Numbered from the stretch's first letter, positions 48,682 to 59,314 are shown. The stretch is DNA of 64,000 nucleotides from Candidatus Bathyarchaeia archaeon (GCA_049521795.1 JBEKOM010000001.1:480001-544000); one strand, 5' to 3'. Made by a program: numbers and translations. The notes: generated from the letters alone by a model not told the origin.

Positions 48682-50343
48682 ATGTTGGCCAAGCTTAGTA
48701 GGCCTATTCGATGCCTGACTGGGCACGAGCTGCATTGCAAGAACTGGCAGATTGAAGGAGTTTTGCGGATGCTCTGCAACGTTCTTGACCCGGATGTGGC
48801 CAAAGATCCTGACAGGCTTATTGTTTACGGTGGAACCGGTCGGGCTGCTCGGAGCTGGGAGTGTTTCGATCGCATAGTCGAAACGTTAACCGAACTCGAA
48901 ACCGATGAAACGATGCTCATCCAAAGCGGCAAGCCTGTGGCAGTTTTCAAGACGCACGAGTGGGCTCCAAGGGCTCTGATAGTCAACGCTATGCTCGTGC
49001 CAAAGTGGGCCAACTGGGACTATTTCTACGAGTTAGAGCAGAAAGGCCTAATCATGTATGGACAGATGACCGCCGGCTCTTGGGCCTACATTGGAACGCA
49101 AGGCATCCTGCAGGGCACTTACGAAACCTTAGCGGAGGTCGCTAAGGAACACTTCGGCGGAAGCCTGCGCGGAAAGCTTGTGTTGACCGCAGGTCTGGGT
49201 GAGATGGGCGGAGCTCAGTCTCTGGCCGTCACGATGAACGACGGTGTTGCGCTCATCGTCGAAATAGACAAGCGGGCAATTGACCGCAGGCTCAAGTACG
49301 GATACTTGGAAACATGGACAGACAGCTTGGACGAAGCTGTGAACCTTGCCTTGGAAGCGAAGAAGCAGGGCGTTCCAAGAAGCATCGGCCTGCTGGGCAA
49401 CGCTGCGGAGGTGCATCCTGAACTTCTGAAACGAGGCATCATACCTGACGTCCTGACTGACCAGACTAGCGCGCATGACCCGCTGAACGGCTACTACCCT
49501 GCTGGTCTGAGCAAGGAAGATGCAGACGAGCTGCGAAAGAGCGACCCGAAAGAATACTGCCAACGTGCAAGTTCAAGCATGCGTCTTCAAGTTGAGACCA
49601 TGGTCAGAATGATGCTCAAAGGCGCTGTCACTTTTGATTACGGCAACAACCTGCGAGAACAAGCCAGCAAAGCCGGCTATAAAGACGCCTTCTCGTTCCC
49701 AGGTTTCGTGATGCGATACATAAGGCCCATGTTCTGCGAGGGCAAGGGCCCGTTCCGTTGGGCGTCACTCGTCGGTAGCGAAGACGACATCTACAAGCTC
49801 GATGACGTCATTCTGAAAGACTTCGCACACAACAAAGAATTGTGCCGCTGGATAAAAAAAGCCAAAGAACAGGTGAAGTTTCAAGGCTTACCAGCTCGGG
49901 TCTGCTGGCTCGGCTTCGGTGAACGAGCAAGGTTTGGAAAAACCATCAACACCATGGTCGCAAACGGAGACATCTCAGGACCCGTTTGGATAGGCCGCGA
50001 CCACTTGGACGGCGGAAGCGTGGCTTCACCGAACCGCGAGACAGAGGGCATGAAAGACGGCAGTGACGCAGTCGCAGATTGGCCTATACTGAACGCTTTG
50101 ATAAACGCTGTCGGCGGCGCCACGTGGGTAAGCGTACATCACGGCGGAGGCGTTGGAATAGGCTACAGCATCCACGCTGGCATGTGCTTGGTTGCGGATG
50201 GAACTAAGGAAATGGAGAAAAGATTAGTCACCGTTCTGACGACCGACCCAGGTTTGGCCATAGTTCGCCACGCAGACGCGGGCTACGAGAACGCGCAAAA
50301 GATAGCCAAAGAGAAAGGCATCAAGATGCCCATGCTTAAGTAG
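48682..50343 (+). CDS. hutU: Urocanate hydratase
   Basis: [41 protein letters not shown]. Confidence 0.97.
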   Translation: MLAKLSRPIRCLTGHELHCKNWQIEGVLRMLCNVLDPDVAKDPDRLIVYGGTGRAARSWECFDRIVETLTELETDETMLIQSGKPVAVFKTHEWAPRALIVNAMLVPKWANWDYFYELEQKGLIMYGQMTAGSWAYIGTQGILQGTYETLAEVAKEHFGGSLRGKLVLTAGLGEMGGAQSLAVTMNDGVALIVEIDKRAIDRRLKYGYLETWTDSLDEAVNLALEAKKQGVPRSIGLLGNAAEVHPELLKRGIIPDVLTDQTSAHDPLNGYYPAGLSKEDADELRKSDPKEYCQRASSSMRLQVETMVRMMLKGAVTFDYGNNLREQASKAGYKDAFSFPGFVMRYIRPMFCEGKGPFRWASLVGSEDDIYKLDDVILKDFAHNKELCRWIKKAKEQVKFQGLPARVCWLGFGERARFGKTINTMVANGDISGPVWIGRDHLDGGSVASPNRETEGMKDGSDAVADWPILNALINAVGGATWVSVHHGGGVGIGYSIHAGMCLVADGTKEMEKRLVTVLTTDPGLAIVRHADAGYENAQKIAKEKGIKMPMLK

Positions 50344-50397
50344 GGATGGTCTCAAGTTTGGGCAGTTCACAGTCTGCTGCGCTCTTCTGAAGAGAAT

Positions 50398-51456
50398 CTA
50401 TACTTTGACGATGTTGTATCCGGCAGCCTTGCGTAGCCTGTTCATAACGGCAAGTCCTAGTCCTTCAAGTGGCAGGCCCTCGGCGATGATCACGTCTACT
50501 TTTTCTAGGTCAAACTCTCTGAGAAGCCTGAAAAGGTTTCGAGCGACGGCGGGCAGATCGCTTCTGCTTCCGAGAGACTTTACCACGTCTGCATCGTAGC
50601 ACTGAATGGTCTCATCCGTGCAGAGAACGCCGACTGTGCTCCCTCTGCGCTTGCAGAGCTTCGTCAGCTCGACGACTTTTTCAACTATTGCGGGCAATTC
50701 TCCTTCGACAACCAAGACGTCTGCGTCAGGAGCATAATGCTTATGCTTGACCCCTGGCGAACGAGCCTTCTCAACGGGCAACGGCTTCTCAGCTGTGACA
50801 ACTGGATTGAGCTCTACTCTGCCAAGAGACTTCTTCAACAATTCAAAAGGCGTCCCGCCTGGACGCAGCACCTGAGGCGGGTTAACAGTCAAGTCCAGAA
50901 CAGTGGACTCCACTCCTATGTTTGTCGGCCCAGCATCCAAAACGACATCTATCCTACCGTCAAGGTCATCTAAAACATGCCTTGCCAACGTTGGACTCGG
51001 CTTTCCCGCGAGATTTGCGCTCGGCGCCGAAATTGGACAGTTGCTTTCCCTGATCAGGGCCAATGCAACATTGTGCCTCGGCATTCTTATCGCAACCGTG
51101 TCCAACCCAGCAACAGTCACGTCTGGCACAATCTTCGACCGCCTGAAAATCAACGTTAAGGGTCCAGGCCAGAACTCTCTCATCAGCTTCTCGCCGTCAG
51201 AGGAAACATCCTCAACCAACCTGCGAACATCCCTCACATGACCCACATGCACGATCGGAGGGTTATCAAGCGGACGCTTCTTCGCCTCAAAAAGAGCCAT
51301 AACAGCCTTCGCGTTCAAAGCATCCGCCCCAAGACCATACACGGTTTCAGTTGGAAAAGCCACTAACCCGCCTCTTCGAACCAAACCTGCCGCTACGCGA
51401 ACCTTTTCCATGTCGGGCTCTTGAGCGTCCACTTTGAGCGTTATAGTCTTCTTCAT
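50398..51456 (-). CDS. sua5: Threonylcarbamoyl-AMP synthase Sua5
   Basis: FPTETVYGLG, APSAN..G.PSPT, HYAP, NRL.KAA. Confidence 0.95.
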   Translation of the reverse strand: MKKTITLKVDAQEPDMEKVRVAAGLVRRGGLVAFPTETVYGLGADALNAKAVMALFEAKKRPLDNPPIVHVGHVRDVRRLVEDVSSDGEKLMREFWPGPLTLIFRRSKIVPDVTVAGLDTVAIRMPRHNVALALIRESNCPISAPSANLAGKPSPTLARHVLDDLDGRIDVVLDAGPTNIGVESTVLDLTVNPPQVLRPGGTPFELLKKSLGRVELNPVVTAEKPLPVEKARSPGVKHKHYAPDADVLVVEGELPAIVEKVVELTKLCKRRGSTVGVLCTDETIQCYDADVVKSLGSRSDLPAVARNLFRLLREFDLEKVDVIIAEGLPLEGLGLAVMNRLRKAAGYNIVKV

Positions 51457-51793
51457 CAAAACCATAAAGTGAAAACTGCACATTTAAACTTCTTTCAAAA
51501 AGAAACCTGAAAAGCCCAGGCACTTCTCTGCCATCTCAACGTCTGCATGAAGAACGCTGCCTGGCGAGGATGGGTCAACGCAACTCGCAACGCGTCCTTG
51601 AAGAAAACATTCAATGAACCATTGAGAACCTTGCCAAAGTCAAGCTCGCTGTTTGTTTTGTAAGCCGAAGGCATTCATGAAACCTCGACCATCAGCAAGG
51701 CCAAACCGTCGCTCAAATACATTCCGTTGGGGCATCCACTTTCTGATGAGCAAGCTTGAGCGCTTGATTTCTGGGCATGCGCGCTTTGGACAG

Positions 51794-52153
51794 CTACGGT
51801 TTTCGGAGGGCTTTTTGGATGGTTTCGTATGCTTGTCTCACATTTTGGCCGCTACTGATTATTGAGACTTCCTTGGTTGTTTCTGCCTCTCGGTATTGAA
51901 TGTAGAGGCCCTTGTTTAGGAAAAAGCCGAACTGTTCCATCGAAACTATGCTGGCGTACGTCACTTGGAAGCTGGCCTTGTCTTTGAAGAAAGGGAGGCT
52001 TCCTCTGTGTACTCCGTATATCCGCCTGTCTGTGAACACAACCCTTGTGATGTTTCTGGCTACGGGCGTGAAGAACTCTGGACGACTGAAGCATATTCTA
52101 ACGCCCATTGGACCGAAAGAGTAAAGCTCCTTTTCCTGTGGCTCACTGCTCAT
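51794..52153 (-). CDS. Hypothetical PH-like (bPH/GRAM) protein
   Basis: VVFTDRRI...F...YASI.SME...LYIQY pattern; GGTGA upstream. Confidence 0.55.
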   Translation of the reverse strand: MSSEPQEKELYSFGPMGVRICFSRPEFFTPVARNITRVVFTDRRIYGVHRGSLPFFKDKASFQVTYASIVSMEQFGFFLNKGLYIQYREAETTKEVSIISSGQNVRQAYETIQKALRKP

Positions 52154-52254
52154 GTTTTCCGTTCACCTGAAGTTTCGTTGAAACAAGGGTGTCATCGGTC
52201 TGTGTGCAGTGTTGAACTTAAGGTTTTTCTGGGCTCCGAAGTCCTAGCTCAGTT

Positions 52255-52330
52255 AGGGGAGTGTTCAGTTTCTCAGCCAATTCTCTGTCGTTCATCCTGG
52301 GTTCTCGATCAACTTGAAAAGGATGATTGT
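52255..52330 (-). pseudogene. Lrp/AsnC-like HTH remnant
   Basis: ILFKLIENP/RMNDRELAEKLNTP* across a 1-nt frameshift. Confidence 0.4.
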
Positions 52331-52479
52331 AAGAGGTAAGTCCGATCTGAGACTATTCTTGGCATCGGATCAAGTATGAGGGCTGTAGCGCGCGACTCTC
52401 GAAATGCCAAATCAGCCTACCACTAGATTAGGTCTCGTCGTCAAACCTGTATAAGCGCGCGCGAAAGGACTCGACAAGA

Positions 52480-53727
52480 TTAAGGGTCTGAACCCACGTA
52501 TAGTCTAAAACTGCCGCTTATGAGTATCGTGTCCAAAATGTTGACTATGCCATCATTGCTTACGTCTGCCGCAGGGTTCCAATTCGGATCCCCAGGCGAG
52601 GACCCGAAAGCGTTGGCTGCGGTTATAGCGTCTAGGATGTTGACGCTGCCGTCGTCGTTGACGTCGCCAAACAACCTGACCTTTACGAGCACGAGACTGG
52701 ACATAACGTTGTTCGTGATGTTGGCTTCGCCTAGAATCGTGCTTGCAACGGCCGTGATATTATACCAGTGAGAGGGCTGAGCACCTGTGCTGTTCCAAAC
52801 AAACCTGAGCACAAGAGTCCCGTTTGGAGGCAAATTCGTGACTGGCTGAGTCCCGATAGTGACGTTGGCCGGTATTGCAGTAGCGTTGAGCGCATACAAG
52901 CTGACCGTGAAGTTTTCAGTCGCTTCGCCCAAGTTTGCGACGGTAACGTTGACGCCGGCATGACAAAGCTTGCCCTGATAAACCCAATCAGCATCAGGCA
53001 CGACTTCAGTGACAGCCACGTCACGTAACATCGCAGCCTCCAGACTCAGGGTGCAGTTTGTCGTCTGACCTTGATGCACAACAGCCAACGTGGTGTTTGA
53101 CAAATACCCAGTCATGCTCGCGGTCACAGTGTAATTCCCCGCCGTAACGTTGTAGAACGTCCAGTTTCCACTGTTTCCAGTTATGTTCCAATGTGTTTCT
53201 GGTCCCTGAATAGAAACGTTTGCACCGACGATCGGGTTTAACGTTGCAGCGTCAATCACAGTTACCATGAGATTGCCCTGGTTGGGCACAGAAACGGCCT
53301 GTAGGCTCAGGGTGCAGTTTGTCGTTAGGTCTGGATTTACTATAGCCAGCGTACTGTTTGGCAGATACCCACTCATGGTGGCGGTGACATTGTAGGTTCC
53401 TGACGTGACGCTGTAGAACGTCCAATTTCCACTATTTCCAGTAATGTTCCAGTGCGTTTCCGGCCCCTGAATCGAAACGTTCGCACCGACAATCGGGTTT
53501 AACGTTGCAGCATCAACCACATCCACCATAAGATTGCCCTGGTAAAAAGGCACGCACAGCGTGCGCGAGAGACCTTTGCCGATCGCAGTGTTTATGTCTA
53601 TTTGAGAAGCTGCAGATGTCTTTGGAGTTAATACGACAAAGGTTGAAAGAAGAATCGCTGATATAATTATGAGAGAAGCTACCTTTCCAAGCGAAGCTAC
53701 CTTCCTCACTACTCCATCCCCTCCCAC
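52480..53727 (-). CDS. Secreted/surface protein: signal peptide, two carboxypeptidase-regulatory-like repeats, CARDB, dockerin
   Basis: Hydrophobic N-terminus; duplicated 87-aa unit; RDVAVT..NVTVANLG; GDVNDDGSVNILD...ADVSNDGIVNILD. Confidence 0.85.
   Translation of the reverse strand: MGGDGVVRKVASLGKVASLIIISAILLSTFVVLTPKTSAASQIDINTAIGKGLSRTLCVPFYQGNLMVDVVDAATLNPIVGANVSIQGPETHWNITGNSGNWTFYSVTSGTYNVTATMSGYLPNSTLAIVNPDLTTNCTLSLQAVSVPNQGNLMVTVIDAATLNPIVGANVSIQGPETHWNITGNSGNWTFYNVTAGNYTVTASMTGYLSNTTLAVVHQGQTTNCTLSLEAAMLRDVAVTEVVPDADWVYQGKLCHAGVNVTVANLGEATENFTVSLYALNATAIPANVTIGTQPVTNLPPNGTLVLRFVWNSTGAQPSHWYNITAVASTILGEANITNNVMSSLVLVKVRLFGDVNDDGSVNILDAITAANAFGSSPGDPNWNPAADVSNDGIVNILDTILISGSFRLYVGSDP
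53036..53541. repeat. Intragenic tandem duplication, period 261 bp
   Basis: GATTGCCCTG at 53271 and 53532; DAATLNPIVGANVSIQGPETHWNITGNSGNWTFY is identical in both units. Confidence 0.9.
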
Positions 53728-53842
53728 GTCTACATTCTATACAAATAGGCGCGTACTCTTATGGTTTTCTGAATCGGGTCATAAAGGAATGTTCCATGTT
53801 GACTGAACAATAAAGCTCGAAACGATCCCCGTTCAGCGCGCG

Positions 53843-53976
53843 CTAAACGTTCCCAACAAGCAGGCGTCCCATCGCTGCATCCATGTTGATGGTGCGTCTT
53901 GTCTTCTTCGTTTTGTGCTGCACCTTAAGGCTCCAGATGGGCAGCAGAACCAGTTCCCTTGACTCTGACTTTACGC
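53843..53976 (-). pseudogene. C-terminal remnant of an unknown gene
   Basis: SRELVLLPIWSLKVQHKTKKTRRTINMDAAMGRLLVGNV*; no start codon; the stop overlaps GCGCGCGC 53836-53843. Confidence 0.45.
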
Positions 53977-54187
53977 CTCACAAACCAAGTCCTTGGACCC
54001 ACCCGACAGCCCCCCATCCAACATGAACATCCACAGCGTTTTCAACAATGCCGGCTCACTGTATATACAAAATGTATATGCAAAACGTATAAGCTCTTGC
54101 GCGCGCTCCGTTCTCTTTCTCACAGTGCCTTTCCTGACACTATCAATTATCTCGGATCGACACAAAGGCGAGCTTGCACGCACGCTA

Positions 54188-54583
54188 CTAGAGACTTTCA
54201 ACTCTTATTTTCGTGCCACTCTTGACCTGCCTGAACAGTTCAAGATCGCCGGTTACCTTTCCAATGATGTTCACCGGGCTGTAGGGCTGCGATTTTCCGT
54301 GGAAGATGCATATCGCGCTTCCCATGGGCCAGAACGCGATTGTCCCAGTTTCAACGGTGGCTTTTGCTTTTTCTTCGCCCATCTTGACAGGAGTTTCAAA
54401 GTACACCTCTTCTTTCCACAGGGCCGCTCTTCCCTCTATCGGCAGTTTCCGAACTATCATGTCTATCGTTCTCGGAGCCAAGAAACGCACAAGCTCTCCT
54501 TCGGTTTCACCCATTCCTTCAACCGTGAACTTCACTTTTACCCGAGAGACTTCTCCTTTCTCTTCATTTTTCTCTTCACTCAT
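54188..54583 (-). CDS. Cyclophilin-like fold protein (DUF369-like)
   Basis: W.EEVYF, GTIAFWP.G.AICIF.G, PVNIIG. Confidence 0.85.
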   Translation of the reverse strand: MSEEKNEEKGEVSRVKVKFTVEGMGETEGELVRFLAPRTIDMIVRKLPIEGRAALWKEEVYFETPVKMGEEKAKATVETGTIAFWPMGSAICIFHGKSQPYSPVNIIGKVTGDLELFRQVKSGTKIRVESL

Positions 54584-55914
54584 AGCTTCTTCACACTCTT
54601 TTCGATGAACTCGTCCAAGACGTGCTCAAGCGAAACGGGCCCCAGAACTTTAAGCTCATAATTGACCCTTACCGTTGGCTGCTTGATCGTTATCACCCTT
54701 CTCAAATCTATGGGCGTGCCGATCACTACGACGTCACACGGAGTGCGGTCGATAGTCTCTTTGAGCTCAGCTACCTGTTTTCCACCGTAGCCCAACGCAG
54801 GAAGTACTGCACCTAGATGCCTGTACTTTTCATACGCCGCCTTAATCGAACCCACAGCGTAGGGCCTCGGATCGACGATTGCCCCTGCTCCGAACTTCTG
54901 CGCAAATATCACTCCGGCTCCATAGGGCATGCTTCCGTGAGTGATCGTAGGTCCATCCTCAATCACAAGCACACGTTTGCCCCTGACAGCCTCCGGCTTA
55001 TCAGCGGTTATCGGAGAAGCAGCTTCCAAAACCGTTGCGCCTGGATTGACCATCTTAATGTTTTCCTTAACCAACTTAACTTTCTGCGGATCAGCAGTGT
55101 CAACCTTGTTTATTATTATGATGTCGGCCATTCGGAGGTTTGCCTCGCCAGGATGGTAAGCCAGCTCATGACCAGCTCTATGAGGGTCAGCCAAAACAAT
55201 GAGCAGATCTGGCTTGTAGAAGGACAAATCATTGTTGCCGCCATCCCAAACTATTACGTCTGCCTCTTCCTCTGCCTCGTGCAGTATTTTTTCGTAGTCA
55301 ACTCCAGCGTAGACAATTATGCCGTTGTCGATGTGCGGCTCATACTCCTCTCTCTCCTCAATCGTGCAGTTATACCTGTCCAGATCCTCATAAGAGGCAA
55401 ATCGTTCACAGACTTGCTTCGTCAGGTCTCCATAAGGCATCGGATGCCTGATTGCTACAACATTCAAACCCTTGCTCTTCAGAATCTTGCCAACTTGGCG
55501 TGAAGTTTGACTCTTTCCTGATCCGGTTCTGACCGCGCAGACCGCAATCACTGGCACTTTTGCCTTCAGCATCGTCGTCTTCGGCCCCATTAACCGAAAG
55601 TCTGCGCCGTTTGCAAGCACGATAGAAGCCTTGTGCATGACGTATTCATGCGAAACGTCACTGTAAGCGAAAACAACCTGGTCAACATCGTGGTCTCTTA
55701 TCAGCTTAGGAAGTTCTTCCTCTTGATAAATTGGTATACCATCTGGATACCTTGAACCTGCAAGCTCCGGCGGATAGTTTCTCCCTCCTATCCCAGGGAT
55801 CTGCGTTGCCGTGAAAGCTACAACCTCATAAGCATCGTTGTTTCTGAAGTAGACGTTAAAGTTATGGAAGTCCCTACCAGCCGCGCCCATTATAATAACT
55901 CTCGTCTTGTGCAT
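54580..55914 (-). CDS. COG2403 'GTPase' / cDPG-synthetase-like protein; probable arginine synthetase
   Basis: GAAGRDFHNFN, AFTATQIP, RTGSGKS, EEREEYEPH, DGGNND, EDGPT. Confidence 0.8.
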   Translation of the reverse strand: MHKTRVIIMGAAGRDFHNFNVYFRNNDAYEVVAFTATQIPGIGGRNYPPELAGSRYPDGIPIYQEEELPKLIRDHDVDQVVFAYSDVSHEYVMHKASIVLANGADFRLMGPKTTMLKAKVPVIAVCAVRTGSGKSQTSRQVGKILKSKGLNVVAIRHPMPYGDLTKQVCERFASYEDLDRYNCTIEEREEYEPHIDNGIIVYAGVDYEKILHEAEEEADVIVWDGGNNDLSFYKPDLLIVLADPHRAGHELAYHPGEANLRMADIIIINKVDTADPQKVKLVKENIKMVNPGATVLEAASPITADKPEAVRGKRVLVIEDGPTITHGSMPYGAGVIFAQKFGAGAIVDPRPYAVGSIKAAYEKYRHLGAVLPALGYGGKQVAELKETIDRTPCDVVVIGTPIDLRRVITIKQPTVRVNYELKVLGPVSLEHVLDEFIEKSVKKL

Positions 55915-55994
55915 AAACGATTCCTCTCAAAACCCAGATCAGGTGGGGGTTCAATACTAGCCGCTAATTCTATTTAAACCTAGCGTGGACAAAA

Positions 55995-57098
55995 CTACCG
56001 TAACAGCCTTTGCACCGTTTCTCCTATGAAATCTATCTGTTTCGACGTTACACCGGGATGAACTGGTAATGAGAACACTTGTTTTGAAACCGCTTCCGTC
56101 ACGGGCAGTCTACACTTTCCAAACCTCCGGTAGTACGACATTAGATGAACGGGATTCACATAACAAACGAAAGCTCCAATTCCCTCCTTCTTCAAGTCTT
56201 CAACAAGCTTGTCCCTGTTTGCACTTTTCGCGCCCTTCAGCCTCACAGTGTAAAGATACCAACTGGGCTTGAAGCCCTTAGGTTCCACGGGCAACTTCAA
56301 CCTCGTTTTTTCAAGCAGTTTGCTCAGTCTTCTTGCGTTCTCACGTCTTCTAGCGACGAATCTTGGCAGTTTCTTCAGTTGCACACATCCTATGGCCGCT
56401 TCCATCTCTGGCATATGATAGTTATGTCCCAGCATCAGAGACATGTACTTCTTCTTCTCTCCGTGACTTCGCAAGTACCGAGCGGTCTCTGCAATCTTCG
56501 CGTCGTTCGTAGTGATCATTCCGCCCTCACCTGTGGTAATGTTCTTGCTTCCATAGAAACTCCAGCAGGCAGCATCAGCGAAGACTCCGACTGGTTTCCC
56601 AAAATACGTGGCTCCATGGGCTTGAGCAGCGTCCTCAACGATTTTCAGTCCATGCTTATCAGCGACTTCCCTAATGGGTTTCATGTCAGCAGGCATGCCG
56701 TAAAGGTCAACTGGCATAACAGCCTTAGTCTTCCTGGTTACAGCCCTTTCGATATTTCTGGCAGAAACGGTGTAGGTGTCTGGGTCAATGTCGACGAAAA
56801 CAGGCTTAGCTCCTTTGAAGACAGCAACCTCGGCTGTTGCCACAAACGTGAAGCTTGGCATAATAACCTCGTCGCCAGGCTTAACACCAGCTGCTGCAAG
56901 AGCTGAGTGCAAAGCAGCTGTTCCAGAGTTAAGGGCTATAGCATACTTTGCCTTCACGAATTCTCCATACGAATGCTCAAACTCCGTAACCATTGGACCA
57001 GCGCCGAGTCCGTTGGTCAGCAATCCGCTTTTCAGAACCTTAGTGACAGCGTCGATTTCCTCTTTCCCTATCTGAGGCTGGTTGATTTGAATCATCAT
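55995..57098 (-). CDS. DegT/DnrJ/EryC1/StrS aminotransferase
   Basis: NSGTAALH, FTFVAT, EDAAQAHG, SFYGSKNITTGEGG. Confidence 0.93.
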   Translation of the reverse strand: MMIQINQPQIGKEEIDAVTKVLKSGLLTNGLGAGPMVTEFEHSYGEFVKAKYAIALNSGTAALHSALAAAGVKPGDEVIMPSFTFVATAEVAVFKGAKPVFVDIDPDTYTVSARNIERAVTRKTKAVMPVDLYGMPADMKPIREVADKHGLKIVEDAAQAHGATYFGKPVGVFADAACWSFYGSKNITTGEGGMITTNDAKIAETARYLRSHGEKKKYMSLMLGHNYHMPEMEAAIGCVQLKKLPRFVARRRENARRLSKLLEKTRLKLPVEPKGFKPSWYLYTVRLKGAKSANRDKLVEDLKKEGIGAFVCYVNPVHLMSYYRRFGKCRLPVTEAVSKQVFSLPVHPGVTSKQIDFIGETVQRLLR

Positions 57099-57179
57099 GT
57101 CGCCACGCGCTAGTATAATATTCATTGGCTAATAACCTATGCGCATGACTTTCTCTCTGCCGCCAGAATTTCATAAGAC

Positions 57180-57824
57180 CTAAAAGGTTGAAAAACTACC
57201 CAAGTTCTGGATCCTGTTCAGAAACTCTTCCTTTTCCTTCTCCACTTCTGCCTTCTTTCTTGTCAGAAAATCCAATTCCTCGGATATCTCTTCTAGCCAC
57301 CGTTTAATAGCTAAGCCGCATTCTTCATCACTCTCCCTAGACAAGTACGAAGAAACGTCGCAAGGTACCCCCCTCTTCAACAGGCCCAATGGATAATTGA
57401 TGAGCTGATATTTTGAGAACGGAAAGAAATGCCTAGTCGTACGAGGTTCCATGAGTTGCCTATCAAGTCCCGCCGAGATAACCCTCTCAACAGCAATCTC
57501 TTCATTCGGATCACTCGTGTATTGATGAATCCTTCTTCTTCCAACGCGAATCGCTGGCTTTTGGAAAACGTCAACTAGCAACACTGGTATTGACTTGCAG
57601 CCAATGCTCTTGAGCGCTAGCCAACGATGCATTCCGTCTAGGATGACGCGTGTCCTTTCGTCAGCCACTATGGGATACCTGAGCACTCCATCCCTGAGTA
57701 TTTCACGTCTAAGAAACTCCAAGTAGACGGGAGAACCCTTTTCATGTGGTCTGAGTTGGTCAATTTGTAACAAGACCACTCTATTGAATCTTGAATTTTC
57801 AGTTCTCAGAACACTTGATGTCAA
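57180..57824 (-). CDS. ParB/Srx-domain protein, SerK/SbnI-like
   Basis: LRPHE, YPIVAD...VILDGMHRWLAL, PRTTRH. Confidence 0.7.
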   Translation of the reverse strand: MTSSVLRTENSRFNRVVLLQIDQLRPHEKGSPVYLEFLRREILRDGVLRYPIVADERTRVILDGMHRWLALKSIGCKSIPVLLVDVFQKPAIRVGRRRIHQYTSDPNEEIAVERVISAGLDRQLMEPRTTRHFFPFSKYQLINYPLGLLKRGVPCDVSSYLSRESDEECGLAIKRWLEEISEELDFLTRKKAEVEKEKEEFLNRIQNLGSFSTF

Positions 57825-57839
57825 TGGTTTCCAATTCTC

Positions 57840-59204
57840 CTAATGGCTGAACGTGGGAACTTCGATTTTCTCCGGTTCGTACTCTACGAGTTTTCCGGCA
57901 AGAAACTGCTCATACGCTGACAGGTCAAGCAAGCCGTGCCCACTGTAATTCATCGCGATTATTCTCTTTTCACCAGTCTTCTTGCATCTCAGAGCCTCGT
58001 CTACGACAAATTTCAGGCTGTGAGCCGTTTCAGGAGCCGTTATCATGCCTTCCGTTTGAGCCAGCAGCTTCGCGGCCTCGAAAATCTCTACTTGACCGTA
58101 CGCAACTGACCTTGCATAGCCTTTATGGATCAGGTACGATATCAACGGCGCCATCCCGTGATATCTTAAACCACCCGCATGGACTGGGGGACACGCATAA
58201 TCGTGTCCAATCGTCAGCATCTTGATGAGCGGAGTCATCTTGCCAGTGTCACCGTGGTCATAAGTGTAAATACCTCTGGTCGTGTGCGGAATCGCCTTCG
58301 ATTCGCATGCAACAAACTCCGTGCTTGTTTTTCCTCTGAGCTTATCCCTCATGAACGGGAAGCAGAAACCACCATAGTTGGAACCGCCGCCTATGCAACC
58401 GCAGACCACGCTTGGGCTTATGTCTAAGAGTTCAAACTGTTTTTTGGCCTCCAACCCCACGATGGTTTGATGCATCAAAACATGGTTCAGCACTGAGCCA
58501 AGCGAATATCTGGTATCGTCATGAGCGAGAGTGTCTTCTATGGCTTCAGTGATCGCTATGCCAAGTGTCCCAGGAAGGTTCGGATTCTCTTTAAGCAGCT
58601 TCCTGCCGAAGCTTGTCTGGTCGCTTGGCGATGGGAACATCTCAGCTCCGTACAGTTGCGCTATCGTTCTCCTGCCAGGCTTCTGTTCATAGCTCACTCG
58701 GACCATGTATATTCGGCATTTCAACCCAAAAAGCCGGGTTGCCAAGGCCAAGGCTGTTCCCCACTGCCCTGCGCCTGTCTCAGTGGCAAGTCTTTCGACC
58801 CCTTGTTTCTTGTTGTAGTAGGCTTGCGCGATGGCCGTGTTGGTCTTGTGGCTCCCCGTGGGACTGAAGTTTTCACACTTGAAGTATATCTGCGCAGGCG
58901 TCTTCAAGAACTTCTCAAGCCTGCGTGCACGGTAAAGCGGAGTTGGACGCGGAAGCCCGAGATACGCGTCAAGCACATCATTCGGTATTGGGATGAAGCG
59001 TTCCGCTGAAACCTCTTGTTTGACAAGTTCTTTCGCAAATATCCTTTCAAGCATCTCTGGACCTATCGGCTTCAGCGTTGTTGGATCCAACGGAGGTGCC
59101 AGAGGTTCTGGCAGATCGGCTTGTATGTTGTACCAAGATGTGGGTATGTCGTCTGGGCTCAAGTTTGTCACATATTCTGCGTTTTTGTGCGATTGCTGTG
59201 TCAT
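57840..59204 (-). CDS. trpB2: Tryptophan synthase beta type 2
   Basis: WYNI.ADLP, PTGSHK.N, TETGAGQWG, LGSVLNHV, GGGSN, HAGGLRYHG, SGHG. Confidence 0.93.
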   Translation of the reverse strand: MTQQSHKNAEYVTNLSPDDIPTSWYNIQADLPEPLAPPLDPTTLKPIGPEMLERIFAKELVKQEVSAERFIPIPNDVLDAYLGLPRPTPLYRARRLEKFLKTPAQIYFKCENFSPTGSHKTNTAIAQAYYNKKQGVERLATETGAGQWGTALALATRLFGLKCRIYMVRVSYEQKPGRRTIAQLYGAEMFPSPSDQTSFGRKLLKENPNLPGTLGIAITEAIEDTLAHDDTRYSLGSVLNHVLMHQTIVGLEAKKQFELLDISPSVVCGCIGGGSNYGGFCFPFMRDKLRGKTSTEFVACESKAIPHTTRGIYTYDHGDTGKMTPLIKMLTIGHDYACPPVHAGGLRYHGMAPLISYLIHKGYARSVAYGQVEIFEAAKLLAQTEGMITAPETAHSLKFVVDEALRCKKTGEKRIIAMNYSGHGLLDLSAYEQFLAGKLVEYEPEKIEVPTFSH

Positions 59205-59314
59205 TTTAGGTTCTCCAATGAACATTTACATACATTGATGCTATTTAGCATACTCAAGACGGCAAGAACATATTTATACTTTGTTGCACAAAAATGTACA
59301 CGGGGCCAGCTGCC

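Noticed and set aside
54061-54093. Short 13-bp tandem GTATAT(A/G)CAAAA(T/C)
   Set aside because: Only about 2.5 AT-rich units; possibly an operator remnant, and not a CRISPR array.
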